Under the pieces are notes generated by a model. The model did not search any database and was not told the DNA's origin. It was given only the letters and a program-made list of their open reading frames with translations. Both the position numbers and the translations under genes were made by a program. A stretch of DNA of 64,000 bases from the NCBI GenBank assembly GCA_963738405.1, contig CAVTWJ010000013.1, positions 31,766 to 95,765 of the forward strand, given 5' to 3'. Position 1 is the stretch's first letter, and each line of letters begins with the position of its first letter. This stretch comes from a candidate division FCPU426 bacterium. GTDB lineage: Bacteria > Oederibacteriota > Muellerivitia > Muellerivitales > Muellerivitaceae. Positions 40,051-51,251 of the stretch are shown in pieces.

Positions 40051-41331
40051 TTATTTCCGCTCTTGAATCGACACATACTCGCGCTGGTTGGGCCCCTGGT
40101 AAACCTGCCGGGGGCGGGAAATGCGGGTTTGTTTGTCCTGCCTCATCTCCCTCCAATGGGCCAGCCAGCCCGGCACCCGGCCGATGGCAAAAAGCACCGT
40201 GAACATGTTCACGGGGAAGCCCGCGGCCCTCAAGATTAGTCCCGAATAAAAATCCACGTTGGGGTAGAGCTTGCGGCTGAGGAAATAATCATCGTGGGTG
40301 GCGATTTCTTCCAGCTTTAAGGCGATATCGAAGGTGGGGTCGGCCATGCCTGGGCGTTTCAAGAGCTTATGGCAAAGGTTTTTGATGATGGCGGCGCGGG
40401 GGTCGAAATTCTTATAAACCCGGTGTCCGAAACCCATCAGTTTTCCTTTATTGCTTTTGAGGTCCTCCATAAATTTCTCGGGCGTTGTTTTGGTGTCGCG
40501 AAGGTGCTCCAGCATTTCGATAACTTCCTGGTTGGCGCCCCCGTGCAGTTTGCCCCAGAGGGCGCTGATGCCCGCCCCGATAACGGCATAAATATTGGCC
40601 AGACTAGACCCGGCCATGCGCACCGTGGAGGTGGAGCAATTTTGCTCGTGGTCGGCGCTGAGTAAAAAGAAAAGGTCCAGTGCGTGGACCACATCCGGGT
40701 CCAAGGTGTAATCCTTGACCGGGGAGTCGAACATCATGGTGAGGAAGTTTTCGACGAACTTGAGCTTGTTGGAAGGGTAGACCACCGGTTCGCCGATGGA
40801 CTTTTTATATGAGAAGGCCGCGATGGTGCGGATCTGGCTCATGATATTGGCGATGATGACTTCCTCTGCCGCTGGGTCCAGGTTGTCCTTGACCGGGTAA
40901 AAGGCCGAAAGGGAAGCCACCACGCTCGTCAAGATGGCCATGGGGTGGGCGCCCTTGGGATAGCCGGTGAAAAAGTGAAGCATGTCCTCGTGAATCAGGG
41001 AGGACTTGTTAAGGCGCTTGGAAAAGGCTTGGAGCTCCATTTCGGTAGGCAGGTCGCCATACATGAGAAGGTAGGCTGTTTCGGTGAAGAAGGACTTTTG
41101 GGCTAGTTCCTCGATGGGAATGCCCCGGTAGCGCAAAATGCCCTTATCGCCGTCGATAAAAGTGATGGCGCTTTGGCAGGAGCCGGTATTGCCATAGCCT
41201 GGGTCGAGGGTGATATATCCCGAGTCGGCGCGCAGAGTGGAAATGTCGATCGATTTTTCACCCTCGGTGCCGATAACGATCGGATATTCGTATGTTTTGC
41301 CTTCCAAGATAATTTTGGCTTTTTCCGGCAT
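40051..41331 (-). CDS. gltA: Citrate synthase
   Basis: ITFIDGDKGILRYRG, DHEQNCST, LWGKLHGGAN, GFGHRVYK and YPNVDFYSG; GGAGG RBS before ATG 41331. Confidence 0.97.
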   Translation of the reverse strand: MPEKAKIILEGKTYEYPIVIGTEGEKSIDISTLRADSGYITLDPGYGNTGSCQSAITFIDGDKGILRYRGIPIEELAQKSFFTETAYLLMYGDLPTEMELQAFSKRLNKSSLIHEDMLHFFTGYPKGAHPMAILTSVVASLSAFYPVKDNLDPAAEEVIIANIMSQIRTIAAFSYKKSIGEPVVYPSNKLKFVENFLTMMFDSPVKDYTLDPDVVHALDLFFLLSADHEQNCSTSTVRMAGSSLANIYAVIGAGISALWGKLHGGANQEVIEMLEHLRDTKTTPEKFMEDLKSNKGKLMGFGHRVYKNFDPRAAIIKNLCHKLLKRPGMADPTFDIALKLEEIATHDDYFLSRKLYPNVDFYSGLILRAAGFPVNMFTVLFAIGRVPGWLAHWREMRQDKQTRISRPRQVYQGPNQREYVSIQERK

Positions 41332-41562
41332 GACCCGACCTCCCCAGCGAGATGAGGGCATTCTACGGAAAGCCGAACCAGAAGAAAGCCTCTTTTTAAG
41401 AAAAACGAGCCTGTGAGAACCACTTTCAGCGGAGAGTGGCTTTAGGAAAGGGCTGTCGATATGATTTTATTTCACCTGTCCTTGCATCTTCGGGGCCGGT
41501 TGGATCGTCTAATTTTTAGACGAGATGGATGGCAGACTTTAAGTAAAAGATTTGGAGGAAAA

Positions 41563-42222
41563 ATGAAAAAGATAACGTTCGTCGCTGGGTTATTGGGTTT
41601 CTTGGCCGCAGGATTGACGGTTGGGGCGAATGCACAGGTCAATATTGGGGTGGCAGTCGGTAATAACGGGTTGGATTCGTTCCACTTGGCCATTGGCGAC
41701 TATTTCAAGGTATCCGACCAGCAGGTGCAGGCCTGTGAGGACTACAACATTTCCGATGAGGACCAGCCGGTGGTGTTTTTCATCGCCCAGAGGGCCGCAG
41801 TTTCCCCTGAGGCGGTGATCCTGCTTCGCTCCCACGGCTGGAGCTGGATGCAGATCGCGCTCCATTTCCGCCTCAACCCCCGCATCTTTTACACGCCGGG
41901 AACCTATGTCGGGACACCCTATGAGAGGGGATACCATTCCTTTCAAGGCCGTGGAAGGATCAACCTTTCCGATGGCGACATCGTGAATTTTGTGAATTTA
42001 AAATTCATGTCCGAACATTACGGCCACGACCCTGGCGAAATCGCCCGTTTGCGCGCCCAGGGAAAAAGTTTCCGTGATATCAACGACGGCTATGTCCAAA
42101 AACACGAGGAAGTGCAATGGGACGCCAAGGAGGAACCGCACCGTTTCAATCATCATCAGGATCAGGGGAACCACGGTGACCAACATGATCAGCGCGACCA
42201 GAGAGACGGTCACGACCGCTAA
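41563..42222 (+). CDS. Secreted hypothetical protein with a His/Asp/Gln-rich tail
   Basis: GGAGG RBS, signal peptide ANA|Q and a downstream terminator. Confidence 0.8.
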   Translation: MKKITFVAGLLGFLAAGLTVGANAQVNIGVAVGNNGLDSFHLAIGDYFKVSDQQVQACEDYNISDEDQPVVFFIAQRAAVSPEAVILLRSHGWSWMQIALHFRLNPRIFYTPGTYVGTPYERGYHSFQGRGRINLSDGDIVNFVNLKFMSEHYGHDPGEIARLRAQGKSFRDINDGYVQKHEEVQWDAKEEPHRFNHHQDQGNHGDQHDQRDQRDGHDR

Positions 42223-42241
42223 TCTTATCCGCGCACTTTTC

Positions 42242-42287
42242 AGCCCAGGTTTGTCTCGATCTTTTCAGGACGGACCTGGGCTTTTTT
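42242..42287 (+). terminator. Rho-independent terminator
   Basis: AGCCCAGGT...ACCTGGGCT followed by a T-run. Confidence 0.75.
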
Positions 42288-42339
42288 ATAAAACGTAATC
42301 TTCTTGGTCTCTGGAACGCCTACCCTATAATGGTGCGCC

Positions 42340-42522
42340 ATGCAAAAAGCCGCATTTCAACTTCGGGATTTGGTGATCCACAAAAAAATCGAGATCGTCG
42401 GTATGGTGGTATTTGTGGATCATCGCAATTGCCTTTACCGGGTCTGTGTGGATGACGACATGCCGGTGGAAAATTGGAGTTTTGCCGAGGTTGACCTTTA
42501 TCAGAAGAATATCGTTTCGTAG
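42340..42522 (+). CDS. Small hypothetical protein
   Basis: 60-aa ORF with TATAAT just upstream (possibly leaderless); SH3-like pattern FQLRDLVIHK..GMV. Confidence 0.45.
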   Translation: MQKAAFQLRDLVIHKKIEIVGMVVFVDHRNCLYRVCVDDDMPVENWSFAEVDLYQKNIVS

Positions 42523-42674
42523 TAAATCCTTGTGAATCATGCGTTTTTCGTTTTTGGAAGGTAAGCTTTTCCTTTCTATTCTACCCTTTTGAAACAAATC
42601 ACTTTTGTTTTGCGATAAAATTGACCTGAAATTTACTTTTTCATCAAACGAATAACGTTTCTAAGATTGGGTTC

Positions 42675-45600
42675 ATGAGATTTAATTGGAAAAGAACATT
42701 TCTTTTTGGGATAGGCTTAAGCATTAGCTTGTTTTCCCAGCAGGCCATCGGCGCACTCGTTTTGGGCCATATCAAGATCGACAACTTTGGATACCGCACC
42801 GGCGACTATAAGATCGCCTATTTCACATCGAACCCCGGAACCACTGTCGGAGTCTATAACGCCAGCACAAGTGTCCTGACTTATTCGGTTCCCGCAGCCA
42901 ACATCACCAGCCAGGGCACCGACACCACCGGAATCACCGGCGACACCGTCTGGTGGGCGAATTTTTCGGCCTTCACGACCCCCGGAACCTATTACATCTA
43001 TTCCACCAGCCTCAACGAGCAATCCTACAATTTCCAGATCAAAGACTGCATTTACCAGGCTCCCATGACAGCCACCTTGAAGGCGCTTTATTATCAGCGT
43101 TGTGGATGCGCCAAACCCGCCCAATACGCCGGTGCCAACTGGTCCGACGCGGCGACCTGCCACTTGCAGGATGAGACCTGCGGACCCGCGCCCGGCTGTA
43201 CTTACCCCAATGCTTACGGCACATTGAACCTGGCCGGGGGATGGCACGACGCGGGGGACTTCAACAAATATATCGGCTCGACCCCCTCTGGTTCCTGTCA
43301 AAGTTGGGGCGGCGACTCGGGCGAGGCCATCCATGATCTGATGCTGGCCTATGAATGGAATCCCACACTTTTTTCTTCCCTATCCTCCAATATTCCGGAA
43401 TCCGGCAACGGCAACCCGGATATTCTTAACGAGGCGAAGTGGGAACTGGACTGGTACTTGAAGATGCAGATGACCGACAAACACGTGCTGTCGGTGGTGC
43501 ATGCCAACGGGGGCGGGGGTAGTTCGCCTCCTAGTTCGGATGCCACAACTCGCTACTACTATCCCCCGAACGGGGACGGGGAAGCCCAGTTCGTGGCTAT
43601 GCTGTCCAACTCGGCCCGGGTCATGTCCTCCGTTCCGGGTCTGGCGAGTTACGCCACTACCCTGCGGAGCGCGGCCGAGGCCACCTGGAACGCCTATGAG
43701 ACGACCTGGACTTCCGATGACCAGAAATTCTGGGCGGCGGCCGAGATCTTCCGCATGGAAGAATCCCTTGGGGGGCCGGCTTCCGTCGAGTCCGCGGCGC
43801 AATCCTTCGTGGACAACTACATCACGATCATTAGTTCACCCAACACCTGGAACGGTTACTGGCTCAATGAGGACAAGATTCAACAGAATTGGGGCATCAC
43901 GGCTTATATCGAATCCACGAACGCCACCCCGGCGGTGGTGACCGAAATGAAGGCGGATTGGTCCACGCTGATGAACGATCTTTTCTCCCAAACTGATTCC
44001 TACAATTCGGCCATGCACAGCTGGGACTATTACTGGGGCGCGGACGAGGTGAAGATGAATTACGCCATGGAATTGCTCTGGGCGGCCAAGATCGGGGCCA
44101 CAGGCAGCCAGTCTGCGGCCCAATGCGTTCAGCACGCCGAGGACTTTTTGCATTACATGAACGGCGCCAATACCCTCAACATGACCCTGATGACCAATTC
44201 CAACGCCATCGGGGCCTCCCACGGCATTTGGCGCATTTACCACCAGTGGTTTGGGAACTATAACCCTTCCACTGGCCCAGGCACCTATTCCTACGACAAT
44301 TTCATCGGCAAGCCCGTCTCAGTGATCGACCCACTCTATCCCTATTACACGGGGCCGGATAATTACGGCATCAGCGATAACGGGCCCTCCTCTTTCGGGC
44401 CCCCGCCTGGCATCGTCCCGGACGGTCCCAGCAATGGCTACGCCCAGGGCGGAGGGCAATCCATGCCGCCGATGCTCACGGGAGAAGTCGCGCCTCCCTA
44501 TGAAAAGGGTTATCGGGATTGGGATTGGGTAGATCCCAACGGAAACAAATCCGTGCCTTGGATCGTGAACGAGACCGGCCTTTATTACACGGCTTCCTAC
44601 ATGATCGTGGCTTCGGCCTTCACGACGATTTGTTCCAATCTCACGGCCACCCCGACCGGTACACCAACCCCGACGAATTCACCTACTGCAACCAGATCAC
44701 CAACACCTTCCCCGACGTCTTCGATAACTCCCACGAATTCATGGACTTGGACGCCCACGAATACCGCCACCCGGACCAGTTCGGCAACGCCTACCGCAAC
44801 GCCCACGTTAACCGGCACCACAGCCCCCACGAATTCCCCGACCGCTACCCGGTCGCCGACGGTTACCCCTACGGTTTCAACCACACCCACATTTTCCATG
44901 ACGGTGACAGCATCCAATACCGCCACCCGCACCAGCACGGCAACGCTTACTGCGACTGCGACCAGCACAAATACAGCCACACCCACGGCTACGACAACGG
45001 CCACACTCACGAATACAACCACGAAAACCCCGACTGTTTCGCCAACCAACACGAATTCAGCGACATCTACGGCTACCTCAACTGTTACCCTTACGTACAC
45101 TATGACGAAAACGGCCACCACTTCGGCAACTTCGACTCTTACATCGACGGTGACATCCACACCCACCTTTACTGGAACGCCCACATGGACCTTCTCCCCC
45201 ACGCCCACCTCTACCGCTTCGCCATCGCCTACGGCCTCATTGAGCCCCACCCCCACCCTGACACCCCAATTCAGTTACACCGCCACTTTTAGTCCCACAG
45301 TCACCTCAACACCTACCGTTACCCTTTCGCCCACAGGCACCCCGACTTCCACCGCGACAGCCACCCTGACGCCAACGCCCACAGGTACGCCGACCCGGAC
45401 GGCAACCTCCACGGGCACGCCTACGCAAACGCCAACGGTTACCTCTACCCCCACGAACACCCTTTCGCCCACCCATACCTTCACGTCAACCTCGACCCCC
45501 TCACCCACGGTCACGCCCACTTGGACAAATAGTTCCACCTGGACCGACACTCCCAGTTGGACCCTGACCCCGACGGTGACGAATACCCCCACCCTCTCCC

Positions 45601-46037
45601 CAACGAAGACCGCGACCCCTTCACCCACTTCAACATCCTCATTTACCCCTTCCTCGACCTGGACCTCCACCATGACTTCGACCGCGACCTCAACCTTTAG
45701 TCCCACGCCAACCTTTACCTCTACCGCTACCCTGCCGCCTAGTTTCACGCCGACGAATACCTTTACGCCCTCCGCCAAACCCGGACTCTACCCCAACCCC
45801 GCCCTGGGAGACACGGTGAACCTTTATTGGCCGGCCGGGGGAGATGGGGAAGTGGACGTTTATACTCTGGCTTTCCGAAGGGTCATTCACCAACCCTTTA
45901 GCCGACAGTCGCCAGGCGCCATCCTTACCCTGGCCTTGAGGGATGACTGGGGCAAACCCCTGTCGGACGGTCTTTATTACGTTGTCATCAAGGGTCAGAG
46001 CAATCGGTGGATCGGGAAACTGCTGGTCCTCCGCTAG
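42675..46037 (+). CDS. GH9 endoglucanase: Ig-like N-domain, catalytic domain, Thr-rich stalk and T9SS-like C-terminal domain
   Basis: [27 protein letters not shown] (catalytic Asp pair), [13 protein letters not shown] and [10 protein letters not shown] (catalytic Glu); LYPNP..GLYYVV..KLLVLR. Confidence 0.92.
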   Translation: MRFNWKRTFLFGIGLSISLFSQQAIGALVLGHIKIDNFGYRTGDYKIAYFTSNPGTTVGVYNASTSVLTYSVPAANITSQGTDTTGITGDTVWWANFSAFTTPGTYYIYSTSLNEQSYNFQIKDCIYQAPMTATLKALYYQRCGCAKPAQYAGANWSDAATCHLQDETCGPAPGCTYPNAYGTLNLAGGWHDAGDFNKYIGSTPSGSCQSWGGDSGEAIHDLMLAYEWNPTLFSSLSSNIPESGNGNPDILNEAKWELDWYLKMQMTDKHVLSVVHANGGGGSSPPSSDATTRYYYPPNGDGEAQFVAMLSNSARVMSSVPGLASYATTLRSAAEATWNAYETTWTSDDQKFWAAAEIFRMEESLGGPASVESAAQSFVDNYITIISSPNTWNGYWLNEDKIQQNWGITAYIESTNATPAVVTEMKADWSTLMNDLFSQTDSYNSAMHSWDYYWGADEVKMNYAMELLWAAKIGATGSQSAAQCVQHAEDFLHYMNGANTLNMTLMTNSNAIGASHGIWRIYHQWFGNYNPSTGPGTYSYDNFIGKPVSVIDPLYPYYTGPDNYGISDNGPSSFGPPPGIVPDGPSNGYAQGGGQSMPPMLTGEVAPPYEKGYRDWDWVDPNGNKSVPWIVNETGLYYTASYMIVASAFTTICSNLTATPTGTPTPTNSPTATRSPTPSPTSSITPTNSWTWTPTNTATRTSSATPTATPTLTGTTAPTNSPTATRSPTVTPTVSTTPTFSMTVTASNTATRTSTATLTATATSTNTATPTATTTATLTNTTTKTPTVSPTNTNSATSTATSTVTLTYTMTKTATTSATSTLTSTVTSTPTFTGTPTWTFSPTPTSTASPSPTASLSPTPTLTPQFSYTATFSPTVTSTPTVTLSPTGTPTSTATATLTPTPTGTPTRTATSTGTPTQTPTVTSTPTNTLSPTHTFTSTSTPSPTVTPTWTNSSTWTDTPSWTLTPTVTNTPTLSPTKTATPSPTSTSSFTPSSTWTSTMTSTATSTFSPTPTFTSTATLPPSFTPTNTFTPSAKPGLYPNPALGDTVNLYWPAGGDGEVDVYTLAFRRVIHQPFSRQSPGAILTLALRDDWGKPLSDGLYYVVIKGQSNRWIGKLLVLR

Positions 46038-46172
46038 TCTCAGTAAACTGATCATTCTCCTAAAGAAAACGATTTGCCAAATGCCTTCAGTATGATTTCC
46101 ATCAAATTAACCTAAGCTCGCATCCACTACACTTATCCTCTATTTGCTAAACCTTAATTGGAGGAGACCGTT

Positions 46173-46835
46173 ATGCAATTCATTCTTTTGGGCGAGCCGG
46201 GAGCGGGGAAGGGAACCTATTCGTCGGTTTTAATTAAGAAATTCCATATCCCCCAGGTCTCCACCGGCGACATCCTTCGTTCCGCCGTCAAGGCGGGAAC
46301 CCCCTTGGGGCTGAAGGCCCAGGGGTTCATGAAAAAAGGCGAGCTGGTGCCCGATGAGGTGGTAATCGGTTTGGTACGGGAACGGTTAAAACAACCGGAC
46401 GCCTCTGAAGGATTTATCCTCGACGGTTTTCCCCGTACGATCCCCCAGGCCCAAATCTTGGATGGAATTCTTCAGGAACTGGGAAAGCCGGTCGACGCGG
46501 TTTTGAAAATCGAGGTCGGACGCAAAACCTTGATCGACCGTTTGACCGGGCGCCGGTCCTGCAAGTTGTGCGGCGCGGGCTACAACGTCAATACGGGATT
46601 GGCGCCGAAGGAGGAAGGCGTCTGCGACAAGTGTGGGGGAGAGGTGATCCAGCGCGCGGACGACAACCGTGAAACGATCGAGAATCGATTGAACGTCTAC
46701 ACCAAGGATACGGCCCCGCTGGTTGATTTTTATGAGAAGAAGGGACTCTTAAAGCGTATCCCCTGCGAAGGGCCTTTGGCTGAGGTTCTGTTACGCTTTG
46801 AAAAGGCCGCGCTGACGGCGGTGGGCCGGGTCTGA
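46173..46835 (+). CDS. adk: Adenylate kinase (zinc-lid type)
   Basis: LLGEPGAGKGT, STGDILR, FILDGFPRT, CKLC..CDKC and RADD. Confidence 0.97.
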   Translation: MQFILLGEPGAGKGTYSSVLIKKFHIPQVSTGDILRSAVKAGTPLGLKAQGFMKKGELVPDEVVIGLVRERLKQPDASEGFILDGFPRTIPQAQILDGILQELGKPVDAVLKIEVGRKTLIDRLTGRRSCKLCGAGYNVNTGLAPKEEGVCDKCGGEVIQRADDNRETIENRLNVYTKDTAPLVDFYEKKGLLKRIPCEGPLAEVLLRFEKAALTAVGRV

Positions 46836-46968
46836 ACCTCTTATCCTTTTGAGGCGCGATCGATACCCCTTTTAAAGGCTGGTCGCGCCGCACTGGTAAA
46901 TTGGAAGTTCCAATTTTTTTCATGATTGTTTAGTACCTGTCCCGCGGTTAAACCTCCCCCTGATTAAC

Positions 46969-46982
46969 ATGACCCTAGTCAT
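46969..46982. promoter_or_regulatory. Palindrome ATGAC-N4-GTCAT (FNR/CRP-family-like spacing)
   Basis: Seen directly, about 100 bp upstream of the acyl-CoA dehydrogenase start. Confidence 0.35.
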
Positions 46983-47085
46983 AAATTTACGCTGATTTTG
47001 CCCAATATCATGCCTTGCTGAACCGCCAGCCTATTTTCAGCAGCGCGATTTTAAGAATCGCGAACTTAGATGAGGGAGTTCCCCT

Positions 47086-49326
47086 ATGACCGACACGAAA
47101 ATCGTGCCTGCAGTTCATCTTCAAACTCTTCCTGGGGATGACATCCGGCAGATCCAGTGGCGGTTTTCAGATCGGTTCGACATTCAAATGCTAGTGCAGT
47201 CCGCCCGCTCGGTGGCACGAGGACCGGTGGCCCGCTTGGTTGCCGGGGGCGCCCGCAACAGCCATGAATGGACCGCTGAAAAAAACTCACTTTTAAAAGC
47301 CTACGACGATTCGGGCATCACGGCGGCTTTTCTTGATCCCGAACACGGCGGACTCTTCGCTGGCCCCAAAAATCTGGCTATGGCTCTGGTAGCTTTTGAG
47401 TTGGCCTGGGTGGATGGAGGAGCCGCTACCGCCTCCCTGGCCGGAAACTTAGGATTAGCCCCCATCCACGAATGCGGTACTCCCGATCAAGTCGCCAAGT
47501 ATATGCCCCAGGCTGCGCCCTCCAAGGAAGGCGATAAACGCAAGATGCTGCGCGCCGCTTTTGCACTGACCGAACCCATTCCCTATGTTGGTGTTGAAAC
47601 GGGACTCTTGTGCGGGAAGGTCCGGGTGGCCGAGTGGAAAGAGGGAAAGGAACCCCTGCTGGAGGTCGAAAAGCGGGGCCGGTTCATCACCAACATGGAT
47701 TACGCCAATCTGGTCACGGCTGCCGTCGATACGGACGACGACCGCATCAAAACCTCTTGCATGGTGATATTGGAAGAAGGCGATCCCGGTGTTTTCGACC
47801 GGGGCACTGCCACCAAGAAACTGGTCCACCAGCTTTCCTCCACCCGCGACCCTAATTTCCAAATGAAGGTGCCAGCTTCCCGCATCGTCGGCGGCTATAC
47901 CGTGAAAGACGGGGTGATCATTCCCAACTACACCCACAGCGAAGTGATTGAAGCGGTTTTCAAGCGCACCCGCGTGACCGTGGGGCTCATGACCGCCGCC
48001 AAGCTTCTTTCGGCGGTAGAACCGGTTATCCGTTACCATCGCCAGCGGTTCCGGGGCGGGGCCACGGCCAACCCGGGAACTCCGAGGTATGACTTAGGAA
48101 TTCAAACCAAGCAGGATGCCCTCCACCGGCTGGTGGATATCTGGGCTATGGGCGAGGCGGGGGCATCCATGGGTTTCGAAACCGAACGCCTCTATGACGA
48201 ACTGGACCCCCTCGAAAAGGAAAAGAATAAGGTCATGAAGGAGAGGGGCATTCAGGGTGCCCGGTCCGTAATGAAAGAAATGAACAAGGTTGAGGAACAG
48301 GCCGTGGAATATTTGCGCCTTTCCCGCATGCCCCGCGAGGGCAAGGTGAAAGAAAAAATGGAAACGCTCGAAAAGAATCCGTTGGTGAAGTTTTCCATCC
48401 TTGAATCGGCGGCCAATGTGCTTTGCCCAGCTACCAAGCTTTGGAATACCGGTCAGGGCGCCAACGCCCTGCGCGAGGCTGTCAGCCTCATGGGAGGCTA
48501 CGGCATCACCGAGGATTGCCCGGGATTTTTAGGCCACAAATGGATGGACGCCCAGTTGGAAGCAACCTATGAGGGCCCGGAAGCCGTCCAAAGGCGGCAG
48601 TTGTCCCTGACCATGACCCATCCGGTCTTTTTGGAGCAATTCAAACAGTGGATTATCGACATGAAGACCGTGGCCTCGGATCGGCCTGAAACAGGCGCTT
48701 GCGCCCTGGGAAGCGCCATGCAACTGTGGATATGGACGCTTGATCACTTGCAAAAAACAACCGACGCCGGCGGCGCCAAGCTGTACCACTCGAACCGACA
48801 GGGCGTCACATTCCCCATGGCGGACGCGCTTTGCTGGATTCTTTCCGCTCGCTCCCAGATCATGGATTTGTTGGAACTGGAAGAAAAGGGAAAACTTAAC
48901 CCGGCTCTCGCCGAATCCCTGCCCGGCACCTCGGCTTTTTTACGCGACCTTTGCCATGTCCAATCGGCCCGGGCTTCTGGCGAATCGGCCCGCATTTGCG
49001 CCGAATTGGTTTTTGGTTACAACGAGCACCCGCAATGGACCGAACGGGGCTGCCAGGCCTGTTTTAATGAAAACGAATTGGAGGAACTGGAGAGTTATAT
49101 TCCCGGTATTGAGGGGGGGGCTTTTGGCCACACCGATGTGGTGGAAAAGGACAACCGCCATCCACTGAAGCGCGGGCCCTGCGTGAAGATGTCAGGTTTG
49201 GAAACCTTCGTGGCCTTGCGCACCAAACTGGATGCTTGCCTAACGGGAAGCCGCCTTTCGAAGGACCGGGCCGCCGAATCGCTGGCCAAAGTTATGATTC
49301 CTGAAGCTCTCGATTATCCCCAATGA
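47086..49326 (+). CDS. Long-form acyl-CoA dehydrogenase
   Basis: PEHGG, AFALTEP, RFITN, SLMGGYG and TYEGPEAVQR, with a C-terminal extension. Confidence 0.92.
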   Translation: MTDTKIVPAVHLQTLPGDDIRQIQWRFSDRFDIQMLVQSARSVARGPVARLVAGGARNSHEWTAEKNSLLKAYDDSGITAAFLDPEHGGLFAGPKNLAMALVAFELAWVDGGAATASLAGNLGLAPIHECGTPDQVAKYMPQAAPSKEGDKRKMLRAAFALTEPIPYVGVETGLLCGKVRVAEWKEGKEPLLEVEKRGRFITNMDYANLVTAAVDTDDDRIKTSCMVILEEGDPGVFDRGTATKKLVHQLSSTRDPNFQMKVPASRIVGGYTVKDGVIIPNYTHSEVIEAVFKRTRVTVGLMTAAKLLSAVEPVIRYHRQRFRGGATANPGTPRYDLGIQTKQDALHRLVDIWAMGEAGASMGFETERLYDELDPLEKEKNKVMKERGIQGARSVMKEMNKVEEQAVEYLRLSRMPREGKVKEKMETLEKNPLVKFSILESAANVLCPATKLWNTGQGANALREAVSLMGGYGITEDCPGFLGHKWMDAQLEATYEGPEAVQRRQLSLTMTHPVFLEQFKQWIIDMKTVASDRPETGACALGSAMQLWIWTLDHLQKTTDAGGAKLYHSNRQGVTFPMADALCWILSARSQIMDLLELEEKGKLNPALAESLPGTSAFLRDLCHVQSARASGESARICAELVFGYNEHPQWTERGCQACFNENELEELESYIPGIEGGAFGHTDVVEKDNRHPLKRGPCVKMSGLETFVALRTKLDACLTGSRLSKDRAAESLAKVMIPEALDYPQ

Positions 49327-49330
49327 GGGG

Positions 49331-51196
49331 GTGGTTTTGAGTTCTTCACATCCTTCCACAAATGATCGCCAGACCCTGGAAGCCGATATCCTTTGCGTGG
49401 GTTTCGGACCCGCGACCGGGGGCTTTCTTACGACCCTGACGAAGGGAATGGTTAAGGAGGACGGCTCACCTGCATTTGAGAGCCGGGTTCATCCGGGAAA
49501 CCCTCTCCAGGTTCTTTGCTACGAAAGGGCAGATGACTTGGGATATGGGGTTTCCGGGGTTGTCACGCGGGGAAGGAGTTTGAAGGATTCCTTTCCGGCG
49601 GAGGAATTTAACCAGATTCCCTTTTTTTCCAAGGTCTCGGATGAAAAGGTTCTTTATCTCCTCGACCCCCACGGAGCTAGCCGCAGACCCGCACTGGTTA
49701 AGATCGCAGACTTCTTTTTGAAATGGCTGCCCCGGGTGAAGAAGGACCTGTCTTTCGAGATTCCTTTTCTTCCTGAATTTCTTCACAAAAAAGACGGGTT
49801 CATCTTTTCGCTTGGCCAGTTTAACCAATGGGTAGGGTCCCAGGTCATGATGTCAGGCCAGGCTCAGGTTTGGCCCGGCTCTCCCGTTTCCGAGGCCCTT
49901 ATCGAAAATGGCCGGGTCATGGGAGTTCGCTTATGCGACCAAGGGGTTGATAAGTCGGGAAACCCCTCCGAACACTATATGCCCGGCATGGATGTAAAGG
50001 CGTCCCTGACAGTGGTTGCGGATGGGCCCGTGGGACCCGTGGGTCGTCAGTTGGACCGCCGGTTTGGAATGCCGAAGGGACATACAACGGAAGAATGGGC
50101 CCTCGGTATGAAGGTGGTACTGGACCTGCCTGAAAATACGGAATTAAAACCGGGCATGGTATTACATACTTTGGGTTATCCCGAACCCGAAATTTTCGGA
50201 TTTCTCTACGTGTTTCCCGGAAACATCGCCGCAGGTGGCATTTTTGTTCCCTCGTGGTTTGACAACCCAGCCCGCACGGGTTACCTCTACCTTCAGCATT
50301 GGATGCGTCATCCCGCTCTTTGGAAACACCTTCAAAATGCCACCCTGCGGTCCTGGGGCGCCAAAAGTCTGCAGGAATCGGGCTTGAAGGGCGAACCTTA
50401 CTTGGTGGGCAACGGTTACGCACGAATCGGTGAAGGTTCCGGTTCAACCAATGTGCTGGCCAATTCGGGTGTTGACGAGGCCTGGGCCACGGGGGTTCAA
50501 CTAGCCGAGGCGGTCTTGGAACTATTAAACAAAAACAAACCCTTCAACCAGGATGATTTGGAGCAAACCTATGTCAAACGCCGCCGCGAAAGCTGGGTTT
50601 TTAAGGAAGGCCAGATGGCGGAAAGGGCCCGGGATGGGTTCCAGAAAGGTTTCGTGCAGGGCATCGTGGGCATGGCCATGGCGGGTTTTTCCGGTGGGTT
50701 CTTCAGTTGGCCCGGCAAGCCGCTGGCCCCCTATCAGCGTATCCCGAGCCTAGCGGAATATTACAAGGGCCGGATTACCCCCAAGGAAATCGAGGACTTG
50801 CGGAAAGAATGCCGGATTTCGGGGAAGACGCTTCATGAGGCCCTCATGGAAAGAGTGGGCTGGCCTGGGGTGCCCTTGGATGGGAAATTGCTGGTTTCCC
50901 AACAGGACGCCCTTTTGGTCGGCGGCAAGGTCCAGGCTCCAGCAGGCTTTTCGGATCACGTAATCATTTTAAAACCCAGCCTTTGCAATTTTTGTGAACG
51001 GAAGGTCTGTGTGGATATGTGCTCGGGACAAGCAATCGCCCTTTCCGAAGAAGGCGGTGTGGCCTTTGACCGGGAGAAATGCGTTCATTGCGGAGCATGT
51101 CTGTGGAATTGCGCCCAGGTGGTCGACAAACTTACGGGCCGCACCAATCTTGATTTCCGGGCAGGCGCCGGTGGGCTTCATTCGGCTGAAAACTAA
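49331..51196 (+). CDS. ETF:quinone oxidoreductase-like FixC-FixX fusion
   Basis: DILCVGFGPA, ADG and GFLY; C-terminal CNFCERKVCVDMC and KCVHCGAC ferredoxin motifs. Confidence 0.88.
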   Translation: MVLSSSHPSTNDRQTLEADILCVGFGPATGGFLTTLTKGMVKEDGSPAFESRVHPGNPLQVLCYERADDLGYGVSGVVTRGRSLKDSFPAEEFNQIPFFSKVSDEKVLYLLDPHGASRRPALVKIADFFLKWLPRVKKDLSFEIPFLPEFLHKKDGFIFSLGQFNQWVGSQVMMSGQAQVWPGSPVSEALIENGRVMGVRLCDQGVDKSGNPSEHYMPGMDVKASLTVVADGPVGPVGRQLDRRFGMPKGHTTEEWALGMKVVLDLPENTELKPGMVLHTLGYPEPEIFGFLYVFPGNIAAGGIFVPSWFDNPARTGYLYLQHWMRHPALWKHLQNATLRSWGAKSLQESGLKGEPYLVGNGYARIGEGSGSTNVLANSGVDEAWATGVQLAEAVLELLNKNKPFNQDDLEQTYVKRRRESWVFKEGQMAERARDGFQKGFVQGIVGMAMAGFSGGFFSWPGKPLAPYQRIPSLAEYYKGRITPKEIEDLRKECRISGKTLHEALMERVGWPGVPLDGKLLVSQQDALLVGGKVQAPAGFSDHVIILKPSLCNFCERKVCVDMCSGQAIALSEEGGVAFDREKCVHCGACLWNCAQVVDKLTGRTNLDFRAGAGGLHSAEN

Positions 51197-51251
51197 CGGC
51201 TCATCGAGGAAGTTTTTCTATTAAAAGTCCATTTCAGTTAAGGAGTCATTA

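Noticed and set aside
46173..46835. adk located outside the ribosomal protein operon
   Set aside because: This is common in many lineages and not notable.
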